The notes: generated from the letters alone by a model not told the origin. DNA of 64,000 nucleotides from Cirrosporium novae-zelandiae (GCA_026023565.1 JAPETS010000014.1:496001-560000); one strand, 5' to 3'; counted from the stretch's first letter, positions 35,971 through 49,218 are shown. Numbers and translations are program-made.

Positions 35971-38128
35971 ATGCCCTCTGCTTCTCAGATTTTCTATTTG
36001 GCCGTCTTTGCCTTGCTATCACCATGCAAGGCAAATCAGGCCGAAGCTACCCAAGCGCAGGAGCTTGAAGCAAATAACTGTGCTGTAGGTTCAAACTGTC
36101 CTTTTTTTAGTGATGATATACTAACATTCGACCAGATTGAACCTCAAGCCATTGTATCCGATGCATGTGCATCCTTCTCCGACCTCGATAATATTAACGA
36201 AGCAATCTCCCCCAAAATATACTCGATTACGCATGACACCGACTTCTTCTCCTACTACCGATTAAATCTATTTAACAGAGAATGCCCGTTCTGGTCTGAT
36301 GCCAATGGGATGTGTGGAAATAGTGCCTGTGCTGTTAGTACACTGGACAACGAGTCAGACATACCGGAAATATGGCGGGCTGAAGAGTTGAGTAAATTAG
36401 AGGGACCAAAGGCAAGCCATCCTGGGCGGAAACAACAGGCGGAGAGGCCGAAAGAAAAGCCTTTAGAAGGAGAACTGGGTGAGGAGGTTGGTGAGAGCTG
36501 TGTGGTTGAATACGACGATGAGTGCGATGATAGAGATTACTGTGTACTTGATGATGAGGGAGCAGCTGCCAAAGGGGATTATGTGAGCTTGCTTGCTAAT
36601 CCAGAAAGATTTACCGGATATGGTGGTCAGGGCGCTCGGCAAGTTTGGAACGCCGTATACCGTGAAAACTGCTTTTCAAAGGAGCCTATTGCGCCGACAA
36701 CCCCTGCATTCTCCCCGTTGGGAGGAGTACAGGCTGCCAATGATCTCCAAATGATAATGAAAGAACACTCTCGGCAGAAAGCCTTTGCGAGTGATAATGA
36801 TTCTCCTGTCATAGACGATACCTGTTTGGAGAAAAGGGTTTTCTATCGGCTTGTCAGCGGGTTGCATGCGTCTATTTCCATCCATCTATGCTCGGAATAC
36901 TTCAACCAGACTACGGGTGTCTGGGAATCTAATTTACAGTGCTACACTAACAGGATACATTCATTCCCTGACAGAGTGTCCAATCTCTACTTCAACTATG
37001 CTCTTCTTCTCCGGGCTGTTTCTAAACTAGGGAAGCATTTGGAAGGGTATACTTTCTGTTCCAGTGACCCGACTCTAGATCTCGAAACGAAACAAAAGGT
37101 TTTGGAACTTGCTGATAGTATATCAACCGGCCCTAAGATCTTTGATGAGAGCATGATGTTCCAAGATCCCTCGGTCCCAGGATTGAAAGAAGATTTCCGA
37201 AACCGGTTCCGAAATGTGAGCAGACTCATGGACTGCATTGGCTGCGACAAATGTAGACTGTGGGGCAAGTTACAAACTGCTGGCTACGGTACAGCACTCA
37301 AGGTCCTGTTTGAATTTGATGAGACAAAGAATGGAGAGAATCCTCCCCTTAGAAGAACGGAGCTTGTTGCTCTTATGAACACTCTTGGCCGTGTGTCTAA
37401 TAGCCTTAAATCTGTTCAATCATTCAGATCTCAACTTGCAGGGCTTGAAAATAAAGAAAAGGTTGAAGTCGAAGCCGCCAAACCCCAAGAATCACCTATA
37501 CTCGAAGCCGAAACCGAGGTCGAGGCCGCCGAAGAGCCTCAAGAACCTCAAGAACCACCATCACCCGAAACCAATTCCGAAGAATCTTCCATACCCGAAG
37601 AAAAAGCCGAGGAAGAAGCCGGAGAAGTAACTGAAGCGGTAGCCGAAGAGGAAGCCGAAGAAGCCCCCAAACCCCAAGAAACACCCGTTCTCGAACCCGA
37701 ACCCGAAACCCCTGCCGCCCCCACCGAACCCCAAGAACCACCCACCGCCGAAAAGGAAAAGGAAATCCCACAAGAAGAACTCCTCGACGAAGATCTATTT
37801 GATGACGACGAAGATGATGATTACACAGGCCCCACAGTAACAGTCGCGGAAGCCTTCTGGGAAGAATGGAATATTGTCTGGAGCGCCGCCGCCTGGGTCA
37901 TCAAGAGCTGGATTAAATTCCCCGTAACTGCGTAAGAGCCCTCCCTTCTCCACCAACTTCCCTTTTTTTTCATTCACTCAACCTCATCAAACCCAAACAC
38001 TAACGCAATCAAAATCTAGCTGGCGCATCCTAATCATGGAATGCAACCGCCTCTGGCACTACTGGCTCGGTCTCCCAGTGATGCCTCGATCATGGGAATT
38101 CCGCTTCCCAACTCGTGATGAGCTCTGA
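35971..38128 (+). CDS. ERO1: ER oxidoreductin 1
   Basis: Signal peptide, DFFSYYRLNL...CPFW...CGNSAC, LLANPERFTGY, CLEKRVFYRLVSGLHASIS, active site MDCIGCDKCRLWGK. Introns 36085-36135 and 37932-38019; ends in RDEL. Confidence 0.96.
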
Positions 38129-39439
38129 TTGAGTCCCCCTCATTCCCCTTCCTCACCCCCCTTCCCCAGTCCCTTCATATAAGTAAAGAAAAGGGATTTT
38201 TAGAAATAAAAAATAAACAAATATTGGATAGAAAGTGAGAGCGAGAGTGAGAGAAAGAGAGAGAAGGATATTATTATAATAAAGAAGATAATAATGATGA
38301 TGGCGTATTGCGTGAAGTTGCATGGTATTGGTACGGCATAGTTGTTGATAGGCATATGAGGTAAAGCATTTTATATAGTGGAGTTATTGTTGTTAGGGAG
38401 GGGTAGGGAGGGAGGGGAGGCGAGAAGGTGATGGAATAAAAATAAACTAAACTAAAACTAAATTTCAAATTCCAATTCCAAGTTTAAGTAAAAATCGAAG
38501 TGCGAGTATAGATACCTTGGTAGATATGTGATGGCATGGTTATAGAAGAGGTTGGGAAGAGGGGTGTATAGGAGTATAATGGGGAGGATTTAGGGTGAGG
38601 GAGGAGTTTAGAGAGAGGGTATACTATAGTATATCTGCGAAACGCGAAACGCGAAATGGAGAAGAAGGGAAATAAGAATCAAATCAAATCAAATCAATCA
38701 ATTTGATCCATCTACTCAGGAACTTATAGACTTACTTATAGATCTAGAAGCTGTTGTATCTATCCATATATCTCCCTATCCATATAGTCTATATAGATAA
38801 GTAAGTAAATAGGCAGATATATACAATCCATAGCCCCCCCCCCTTTTTTTTTTAATCCCTCAATCTCCTACCTACCTTTCCCAACCAAAAAAAAAAAAAA
38901 AAAAGATAGAGATAAGATTGATAGCAAAAGGAACTTGAGAAAAACAAAAAAGAGAGAGAGAGATCTATTAAGACAAGATAGGATGGGGTAGGGATAGGAC
39001 AAGGATATTTTCTAATTTAATTAATTCATTATATTCTTACTAATTAGGTGATCGGGAGGGAGGGAGGAGAAGAGAAAGATAATAAAAATTTTCTTTTTTC
39101 TTCTTCTTTTCTTTATTTTATTTGATTTTACAGTAAGTAGGAGTAAGCTCAAAAAAAAGGAGGGGAGGGATAGAACAGAGCAGAACAGAACATATAAAAA
39201 AAAAGAAAACTTTAGATACGCGAACTTGCATGAATGCATTGATTGTTCGTCTATTTATTCATTTTGGTTATTTTCCTTTCGCGCCATCCCTATCCCTGTC
39301 CTTTCCCGTCCCGTCCGTTTGTGCCCGTCGTTATAAAGTACAACACTAGGAAGGAAAAAGAGAAGAAAAGAAAAGGAAAAGAAGAAAGAGCTACACACGC
39401 ACACACGCTATTCATCCGTCAATCCATTCATCTGTTGAC

Positions 39440-42400
39440 TTATTCATTCCCCCCATACCTCTCTCTCTCCCTCCTCTCCCTCTCCTCATCTTCAGCAATA
39501 CTCTGTACAAGCATTTGCTCTGCAACGCCTAATCCGGCCGTAAGATCACTTAAAAGACGATCAAGTTCTGCAGCCACAACACTCGGGTCTGCGTTTTCCA
39601 TCATGCTCTCTTCGCTTGGTGCGATCACGGGTGGGAAGCGCAAGTTCCCTAGGTTGGGTGAGCGGCGTGCCGTGTTTGTTGTTGGTGCTGTGGTGGTGCT
39701 GGGGCGAGAAGCTGCGCGAGCAGCAGCACGGCGAGCCTGGCGGGACATTGGGGCTGCAGCTGCAGCGGCGGCGGCGGGAGCGATGGCGGGGACTGGTGGT
39801 GGGGGGGAAGAGGCAAGCTGGGTGGTGCTTGTGGTTGAGAGGTCGCGATCGTGCTGGATTCGCTCAAGGCGAGCTTGCAGTGTGTCTGCATCGTTGGTGA
39901 ACCGGTGACTTGCTGGACGGATGGTGTTGAAGTTTTCTTCGGCAAGCGAGTTGTCGGGTTCAGAGGAGAGGTTGAAGGCGGATTGGGGGGGGGCATCGGG
40001 ATTCAGGTCGAGATTGAAGGTTGGGTCGGAAATAGAGGTTGGTGGAGGGGGGAGGTCTTCAAACTGAGTCTCCAATGCGTTGGAGTCATAGGATGCTTCC
40101 GAAGACATTGTTGGGAAGGTCCACTCAGTGGTGGCTCGCTTTTCGGCTAGTGGAGGACGGGTCGTTGCCGTCTTGAGTATTTTGGTACCATCGTCGTATG
40201 TATTATCAGACGACATGGTAGGGAATGTCCACTCGGTGGTGGCTCGCTTTTCAGACAGGGCGGGGCGGATGGTTGCTGTGTTGAGGGCAGTCGTACCATC
40301 ATCGTACGTATTTTCCGCTGTCATTGAGGGAAATTTCCACTCGGTGGTGGCTCTTTTCTCGGTCTTTGGTGCTTCCATCTCAGGTTCTTCTGAGATGCTG
40401 GGAGGTTCTTGCATGGGGGCGGGAGCCGATGGAAAACTCCACTCCAAAGTTGCTCTTTTGTCATTTACCCCGTAAGCAGGGCCAGTTGATTGCTCTACCT
40501 CGGCGCCTGACTGGTAGTTCTCATAGCTCATGCCTGCGGCAGAGGAGCGCATGCCGCCACTATTGCTACGTGCCTTTGACGCTTTGATGGTTGACATTCC
40601 CTGAAGGGGAATCTTGAGCTGATGTAAGTCGGGATCAAAGTCACCCAGGTCAATTTCAGTCTTACTTGTGGTGGTGGCGTCTGAATCATCTCGGAGAGGA
40701 AGATCGGAGAAGCGCTGAGTCTTTGGAGGCTCGTAAGTCTCGTATGGTTGGCTAATGACCTCGTATCTGTATTCGGGCTTGGTTGGGTCGTGGATTGCTT
40801 CCATCGCTGCTTGGCCTCGCCTTACGCGTTCTTCGTCCATTGTTGGAAGTGAGGTGAAATTGGTGGATATTGGTCTGGGCTCGTAATCGTCACTTGTAGA
40901 AAAGTTCCAGTCGTCTCTGTAGATAGATGCTCTAGTATTATCAAGTTCAGCTGCCTCAGCGCCGCCTGGTTGAATAAGAGATTGACGTTGGCCTCCTGCA
41001 GAGGACCAATTTTGAAAGATGGTGAGGAGTTCTGTGAGAAGTTCTGTGGGGTGAGTGTTTTGAGAGTCATAGATATAGGGTTGCATAGCAACATCTCTCA
41101 TAGTCGGACGCAACCGCAAGTCCTTCTTCAGCGTGAATTCCACTATCCCTCTCAAACCATCTGAATAATTACCATCCGGGAGCCTTGGTTCTCTTCTCTG
41201 AAGGGTCATTGCAAGCGCATGGCCTGGCGGAACACGAGCATTCGGGGGAAGACCTGTTGCCATTTCATACAAGGTCGCTCCATATGCCCATACATCAACC
41301 TGTTCATTTCATATGAGTTTACTGCACTGGCACACGATTACAAAGCTAGATATTACAATATCAACTTACCTCAGTACCATAGTGCACTTCACCGGGCTGC
41401 AACATCTCAGGAGGCATCCAGAAAGGAGTTCCTATGATTGATGAACGTTTATCTGCAGTATGCTGCAAAACTCCTGCAACACCAAAATCGCACAGCTGAA
41501 CACGTCCATCTTCACAGACAAGAATATTCGCAGCTATTATCAGATAAGTCAGTACAAATCCTTTGTCCAGGATTTGACCTCTCCTCTGACTCTTTCATAG
41601 GACATACCTTTGACATCACGATGAATAACCCCCGCTTCATGGACAGCCTTCAATGCTTCTGCTAGTTCACGGGCAACAGGGATGATATACTTCTCTTTTA
41701 ATTTACCTCCAGTTGCACGCATCTAAACACGTCTTAGCACAGTTCATGCTAAGAGTACAACAACACCTCGATAGCAAAGCTCCTGCCATTGAGGGATAGA
41801 ATACCATACGTACTAAGGTGTGAAGACTACCTCCAGGGCAGTACTCGTTGACAATCCATAGCTGGGAATGAATGGAGAAAGCATCGTATATTATATTGAT
41901 GTTCTTTACATTCGAGTCTCTGAGCTGCTTCAAGATCGTGATTTCATGCATGAAAGACTTGATCGTGTCATCCTTTTCCTCAGCATTGACCCTATAATCG
42001 ATCGCATCTACTTCAAGGACTTTGAGAGCGACGATTTTATTTTCTTTTAGAGAATATCTGGTTATAGACATCGTTAGCAAAGGGGCCCAAAGAGGCACGA
42101 CGCTATGTCGCAAATTCAACATTGTCATGTTATTAATCAGTTTGACAACAACAACCAACTGGTTTAACACAGATTAGGAGTCTCGGGATCAGTTATCAAT
42201 CGGGAGTATTCAATGACAATAAAGACCACTTTGTATACTTGATCTCGACTAGAACTGGTGAACAAGTTCTTAATCTGCAATCAGCTAGCAGAGACATATA
42301 TATCCTTGATATGAGACCTAGTGTACTTGGATCCAAGGTCCGACAAGAGCTGTAAGGTATTATTGCGTACAAGTACCAATAAAAGAGAACAGAGACAAAA

Positions 42401-42605
42401 CCAGACAGCAAACTTACGCTTTGAACACTCGTCCGAAAGACCCTTTTCCGATAAGCTCCAAGAACTCATATGGAGGAATCTCCTCGTTTCTCTTTTTCAA
42501 TCTCTGATGGATTGCTAACTGCTGGTCTTTGGCCGATTTGATGGCCTTAGACCTCGCCTCGGTCAGCACGGTTGAAAGTGGCCGCAGGAGACTTGCAGTG
42601 GCCAT
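39440..42605 (-). CDS. KIC1: Ste20/GCK-family Ser/Thr kinase, Kic1/Nak1/POD-6-like (RAM/MOR pathway); true start may lie upstream
   Basis: PPYEFLELIGKGSFGRVFK, VALKV, EYCPGGS, IHRDVK, LCDFGVA, IGTPFWMPPE, YEMATGLPPNA; long C-terminal region. The ortholog call is from motif memory. Confidence 0.85.
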
Positions 42606-45164
42606 TGCTGGTGCGAGCGTTTGCTCAACTAGAAGATTAGGTTCGAGAACGGGACTATCCTTGCGGCTATGGGAAGGGCGCGTTTTATCTAACGGCGATC
42701 GAGGGGAGAGATCAGGTGTGGGGGTGTTGAGTGGTGACCTTGGGCTTGATCGATTGAACAAGGCAATGCGCTTCTGGGTGCTGGGTGGTGAACTTGAACT
42801 TATCTGATCAGAAAAGGTTACGTGTTTTGAGATGCGGGCGGGACTTTGGTTGAGATGAGTGGATGACGAACTTTCTAACTCTGAATAGTCCTTCGTCTGA
42901 TTTGTCTGGTGTTGAGCCTTGAGGTCTTCAACTATCTCGGGAGACAGACAAAAGGGAACTTCTCGAGAACTATCCGATATCCCAGAATATACGCGTTTAG
43001 CGGTAAGAGCTGGAGAGGGACTCGACTGGTGATAAGTCGGTACTTCCTGGCTTTCAAGTTTTACCAGATTCTCTAAATTAAGGGGGAGCTTCGGCCGGCT
43101 ACTCTCAGGGTTAAAATCGTCAGAGGAGCAATAGAGGTCGGCGTCTATTGGATACTCTGGGGATTTGGGTAGTAAAGGGCTGACAGGGTTGCGGGCGCTC
43201 TCCCATTCACTTGCGTGGTCTGCTGTGGCTAAGGATTCTTGTTGAGTTTCAAAGAGGTTCGAGATCGGCTCTTTGGGAGATTTTACTAGCCTATTCTTCG
43301 TTTTCCTTTTCCAGGCGCTGAGGAAAGGGACAGAGTGACTATCCTCCGAGGTAGGTGTGTCACGGCCTGCTTTCTTGGTGGGGCTAACTTGGCTTTTATG
43401 CCTTTTAGAACCGGAAGCTTCTGGTGAAGTGGTGTCGTATCGAGGAGAGAAGAGTTCTGGAGATTTCTTTTTCTATGACACGTTAATAGGTCAGCTAGGC
43501 ATCTCTTAACACAAACAGCACTGTATAAGAGTCAGGAAGGGAGGATTCCAAACTGGTGACTGAGTAGGAGTCCTGGATTCAGCTACGCCACGGTCATAGC
43601 CTGACACGGGCTGGGGGGCTGTCGTCCGTAAAGGAGCAGCATCGCAGGTTGGACATGAAAGTCCCTGGCTTTTCATTACACAGTCTGTATCGCCGTCCAT
43701 TGTGTATAAGAAAGCTGATGGTGGTGTTACAAATGAAATGTGGATGCTTACCAAAAGAAAAGTTCAAGGGAGTTTAGTTAGAAAGGAGGTTCATGGCAAA
43801 GGCCATTCTACAACTGAATATTTTGTTTGCCCTCACTGGTGCAGACTGATATGTTGTGGTGGTGACAGGCCTCAATGTTCAGAGATGTTTCTCTCCCCAA
43901 AGCCCCCTTCAATCCACACCTTGCAGAACAACGAAAATGCGTCTAATTCATTTGCAAAAAAAACACGGGATACATAATTAACTATTTTACCAGCGAGTCC
44001 TTTTATTATTTGAAATTTGGAGTTGGGGGTGGACGACATTGGTGGATCGAGTATGGTATACCTGGAGGTGGAAGTTGTCCAGACATAGAAAAGGATGAGT
44101 TGACATGGGATGCACGGGCCAGTAGTGAGGCCGAAATAAAGAATAGGGCAATTGGTGCTGTTGGCTTTCGGCTAATGATCCTTATCGATAAGATAAGTTG
44201 ATTAACCTCATCCTTGACTCGTTGCCTAATTTCCCCGGCACCCAACCCGTCTGCATCTTTCCACGGCTACTCACCTCTGACCTCCTCTCCAAGCCAAGGG
44301 TTCCATGCCTTGACCCAGCATTCTCTTATACCGCCGCCCTGAACATCATAATGCGTCATGACAGTTCTGGAAAGCTTCTTGATACTTGTTGTTATTTTTA
44401 TACTGGTACCTACGTCGACATACCAAGCTGTCATCGCATCGAGGTGCAACTGAAGGATTTCATCCCCTCCCAGCTATGATATAGTTTCGATTTATAATGG
44501 ATGGGTGGTGACGGAACCCCTCATATCTATGGAATCGTGATTCAATTGAAGCTTTTGGCCATGCTAAACCAACAACAGCGGGGAAGATGACAGAACATTC
44601 TCAACCGCTAGAGTCACTATATCCATCTTCTTCAGGGAACGTTAGATCCATTAATATATGGTTTTTGAGTCTGGTACATCATGGTCATGGGGACAGGTGC
44701 CAGCTGGTGGTGATATCTAAAGATATGGAAATAAAGCAACGACAGGGATCATAGATATAACGTGCGTTGAAGATGTACACGGACCCAAGAGATCCAACTA
44801 GACTATCTCGGTATTACTTTTACGAGAGGGTCATTTGAACAAATAATAGATGAGGGGAGAGTTTTCGGTTCACGTTGGACGTTTTTCCTCCCAAGGCTCA
44901 ACATTGGATCAAGTATTAACCCTTGCCGGCAATTGCGTCATTTTGCCGCTGCCCATGTCCGGGGCTGTATAAAGCTGTCTCCTTGCGCCAGTAGCAGCAG
45001 CTTTCTACAGTTCAAAAACAAAAAAGAATTCCCAAGGCTCTCTCAAATACACTACCATAATCTCTCAGAAGCCAGAATTTTTTTAGTCTTTAACCTCCGC
45101 AAAAAGGTGCGTCGTAATCTTAATATACTTTCGACGAAGATGTACTGAGATTATCTCTAGCAAA

Positions 45165-45446
45165 ATGTCCGACAAAGATGATTCCCAGACCCAGCCAGGC
45201 TTGCTGTCTGGTGTAACGGGTGTTGTTGGGGGTGTCACTAAGACCGCTGGGAGTGCCGTTGGAGGGCTCGTGAATACTTTAGGAGAGACAGTGGGTACCG
45301 TCGGTGGTGGTGTCTCAAAAACACTGGGAGACGTTACTTCAGGCCTGGCCGACACCACCAAGACGGTTGGAGGCTCCGTACAAGATAGTACCGAGCACAT
45401 CGGGGGCTCTCTACAGAGCAATGAAAAGATCGGGGAGAAGAAGTAA
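45165..45446 (+). CDS. Small Gly/Thr/Val-rich protein with 11-residue amphipathic repeats
   Basis: 93-aa ORF with TATAAA at 44968, a 5'-UTR intron 45107-45160 and CAAAATG start context. Confidence 0.8.
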   Translation: MSDKDDSQTQPGLLSGVTGVVGGVTKTAGSAVGGLVNTLGETVGTVGGGVSKTLGDVTSGLADTTKTVGGSVQDSTEHIGGSLQSNEKIGEKK

Positions 45447-45523
45447 GAAAATTGACAATGAAGGAGTATCGGATTATGAGATTGGTGTTATGATATAATG
45501 TTGTTTTGTAATAATTCTATGTA

Positions 45524-48500
45524 TTAAAAGTCTAACAAATTGCCCAAAAGCAATCTTTGATGCTTTTCGACCACCTCTTGTGCACTGGATAAGACTGATG
45601 CTGCCAGCATTTTCACACGTTTGCTTTCCTCATCTTCGCCACTAGCTAGTTCGAAAATCTGCTCAACCCATCCTCGAGTTTCGAGAAATTGTTGTGCATG
45701 ATCCTGTGCTATGCTTCTTTTGTCTTCATTAACTTCAAGAAGTGTGAGGAAAGCAAACAGAAGAGCTTCCACAACTGTTATTTCATCCAAGGCACTTTTA
45801 CGTAGTGATAGGAGCAGATCCCAAAACTCTGCCGTTAGGCCCGGTAAGGAAGGGGTTGAAGGCCCCGAAGCATGCAGAATAAGAGCCAGGGTTTTGATAA
45901 ATGAGGTGAGGATGAATGGGCTAAAATATATACTATCGCGTCCACTAGGTGTGTAGGCATTAGCATCCTGGAGTTTCTTGATATTGAATAAACTTACGAG
46001 GCTTGAAGCTGAACTTTCCAACGTCCTATTAATGGATAAAAGAATGCGTCTGCCGCAATTTTTGAAAGCTCGTTTGCTACAGGCTTCTTTCGTCTCTTTT
46101 CCACATCCATTCGTGAAGAGAATGTACGGACCTTTAGTATGTCCGGGCCGGTTACCTTATCTGCTGCTTCGAGAGCCATGGGCTGGATCATAGTACGTTC
46201 CAGTAGCTTTGAGAGAGTATCAATCGGAGAGCTTGCTGGCTCATAGAACCTGCGCAGTTTTTCCGGTAACTTTTTGGAAGGAAAGTTGTCCTGCAATGAG
46301 GCAGCGCCATTTGAGGAAGTGTCATTCTCAAAACCCGCAAGCTCTCTCGCTACCATGCCTAACGTTGTCAGAATCGAAATGCGTTGAGAAATTGAGTATT
46401 CTCCTTCAAAAAAGACCACGGAAAACCATGGACCCATCTTAACGGGATCAGCAATCAGAACAGCCATCATGGCCTGCAACCGAATATCCTCGAAATTTTC
46501 TAGACCATACTTGTCTTGCAGATTGATAAACTGGCTTGCAAGTTCTACGATATGATCAGTTACCTCTGACCCGAACTTTGCTTTTCGACGGATTAGTGAA
46601 GGCGCCGTCTTGAAAGCCAGCGTATGTCGATCATAGTTGTCCGCATCTCGAAGGCCAGCTAAAAGATCACGAATGTACCTATGAAACATCAGTACGCTAA
46701 ATTGGAGGACATGCGGAATGCCTTACACGGGAGCTTGAGGCTTCTGCCTCTGCACTAGAGTAGGGTCTTCTTCACTATCTTCTTCATCCTCATCTGGTTT
46801 TTCATAAGTGGGTAGATCGTCATCATCTTCCTCACTCGAACTCCCAATTTCTACAATTTTAGAAGAGATAGGAGTTGTCTGTCCTAGATCCTTTCGTTTT
46901 GGAACAGTGGACTTCTTTTTCGGTACGGAGGTTTCAACCACTCCCGGTTTCAATATTCCTAAACTTTCAACAGTATCAGAAACCTTGGTCAAACCGAGAT
47001 ACCATCTGGCATCAACATCCTCCAATTCGTCCAAGTCGAATTTCAACTTGTCCTCCGGCTTTTCATGTATGAGATCGGAGAGAGCCATGCCGATGACAAT
47101 ACCAAGCAATCGTACACGAGGGGATGATACTGAAAGGTGATTTGTAATTCCATTCAAGTATGGGCTTAATTGCAAAATGGGGTTGAGAAGACCTGGAGTA
47201 TTCTTATGAATGTATCCAGCAGTAAGAAGAATTATCTGTGCATTTGCTGGGAGAGTTAACGCCTTCATTTGAAATTTTTGGAATGGGCTACAAACCTTCC
47301 TGCTGCAATGTCGCCGCATGCTTGATATACAGTTTATCACTGAATAGGCGTAGGCTCTTCTCCAAAATTACTCCAACATTTGATGCTATAGAAGAAGTTA
47401 GATGGCCGTAGATCCCTCACGATAAATAACTATGACTTACAATTCTCATGAGCGAGGGCTGTGATAACTGCCCTTCGAATTCTAATGTCTTGACCCACAC
47501 TACCACCGCTTGAGGATGTAAGCCATTCTGTGAGATTCTCTCCAAGTGCTGGATCATTTTTTATTATGCTAATAAGTAGACCAGCGATACCTCCAATCAT
47601 TTTACGGCGGTTATCATCCTCCTCCTCTTGCCCCTTTTGTTGTACAGTGAGGTACTTCTTAGAAGCAATCCTTAGCGTAGATAGGAGTAAGGTCCTACGA
47701 TCATGGACTTGCATACTGGCCTGTAATTTCTTCAATGTCTCACAGTCTTGGTGAGGACCAAATAAAAGCTGCGAATATATTGATTCAATAATTTGATCTA
47801 AACACTATCAGCATCACTTAACAGAAATATGAAATAGTAGAATTGTACCTGTATAACCGAGGCTCATCGATCGAGCAAATATCTGTGCGATCGCGGTCCA
47901 TGTGTCCTTCTCATCGCTACTATTCCTCAAAGCCATAGCAGATATATTTTTGCCAAGCCACTCTGCATATAATATACCATCTCCGATCCAGAGAGTTGAT
48001 TGGATGTCTTTGCTGGCAGTTGAAATAGTCCTCTCTGCCTCCGCTGCCACCCCCAAGACTCTACCTCCAGCGACTAGTGATGCCAGTTCTTTCCACACAA
48101 TCGACCTTTGTAATGGCCTCGTCATAAAAGTACAAAGATCGGAGTGTAGGGTAAACAGAAAACTGATTGGTTCCAAAATAGCCATAAGAACATCGAGGTA
48201 GATCTTGACATTTTCAACGTCATTTGAAGGTCCCTTCTTTCCATCTACGGCATTATGAGCATCAATGAGATATCGGATCCTTGCAACCAAAGCCCCAACC
48301 CCTGCAGTACTTCGCAAGCAACGGATAATGGCTGCTTTTTCTCTTGGCTGGTACCGGTCCCCATCCTTGGTAGACTTGGGTCGATCCTGGATATCTGTTG
48401 AGGGGGATTCCAGTGGCCAGAAATCTAGAATTGTTTTTTGTACCAGTACGTTCAATACCTCTGTGGCCTTCGGTCCAGGAGATTTAATGCTGAAAGAACT

Positions 48501-48719
48501 GCCAAGTGATTTCTTTGGTGCTATGAATTCAGCAACCTTGACCAATAGATCGACACTAGGATTAGACTTCAGTATTTCCAAAGCATCATGAGGTGTGTTC
48601 AGAGTATATTCCTTTGTGTCTGGTTTTTGGGTTGGTTCATGAGTTCGCAGCAATGGTTCGTCATTATTGGAAAGCTGGACTACTCGGGTCGTTTTAACCG
48701 GTCGAAGCAACTCATCCAT
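45524..48719 (-). CDS. TEL2: Telomere length regulation protein Tel2 (TTT complex)
   Basis: Multi-exon gene. Motif APVYIRDLLAGLRD...TAPSLIRRKAKFGSEV, preceded by the acidic SEEDDDDLPTYEKPDEDEEDSEEDP linker; EYSISQRISIL. Confidence 0.9.
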
Positions 48720-49218
48720 CTCGATGGAGCCACGACGAAACCAGAAATATCAATTCTGTTGCTGATTGTGGCGGGTTTCAAGTCGATCATCTAGCAGCCT
48801 TAGAGAATTGAACTACTCAAATATCTCCCATCCAATTGTTAGACGGCTTATTCATCTATCAAACAGTGTTTCTGCCTTGAATAATTCAGGCATCAAAGCG
48901 GAATTGCGTTTCGAGTTTCAAGTGAGTTGACTCTTCAAAGTAAGTCAACCAGTTCACTTAATGCTACTCTTGGCAAATTAAATGCCAGTAAAAATATGTT
49001 TATCAAAGCCCTGCCTAGTTTAGGCTTAAATTGTTGTTTTTGTCATTATCTGTGATAAATTCAAAAAGTTCCTCGCAAATAGCTCTCCTTCCCATGTCGC
49101 TCCTAGCACGTATGAGCATTTGCATGACGATTAATCTCATAGTCTAAACCCCAAAGAGTATTTCAATAGTCTTGATTCTTACTATTTCCTTTTAGGTTCT
49201 TTTAGATCGCTAAGTATA

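Noticed and set aside
39243..39908. 221-aa + strand ORF and the other short ORFs overlapping recognised genes
   Set aside because: Antisense or alternative-frame shadows with low-complexity composition.
42059..42417. Unusually long (~360 nt) kinase intron as a snoRNA host
   Set aside because: No C/D box pair with terminal stem and no H/ACA architecture visible.
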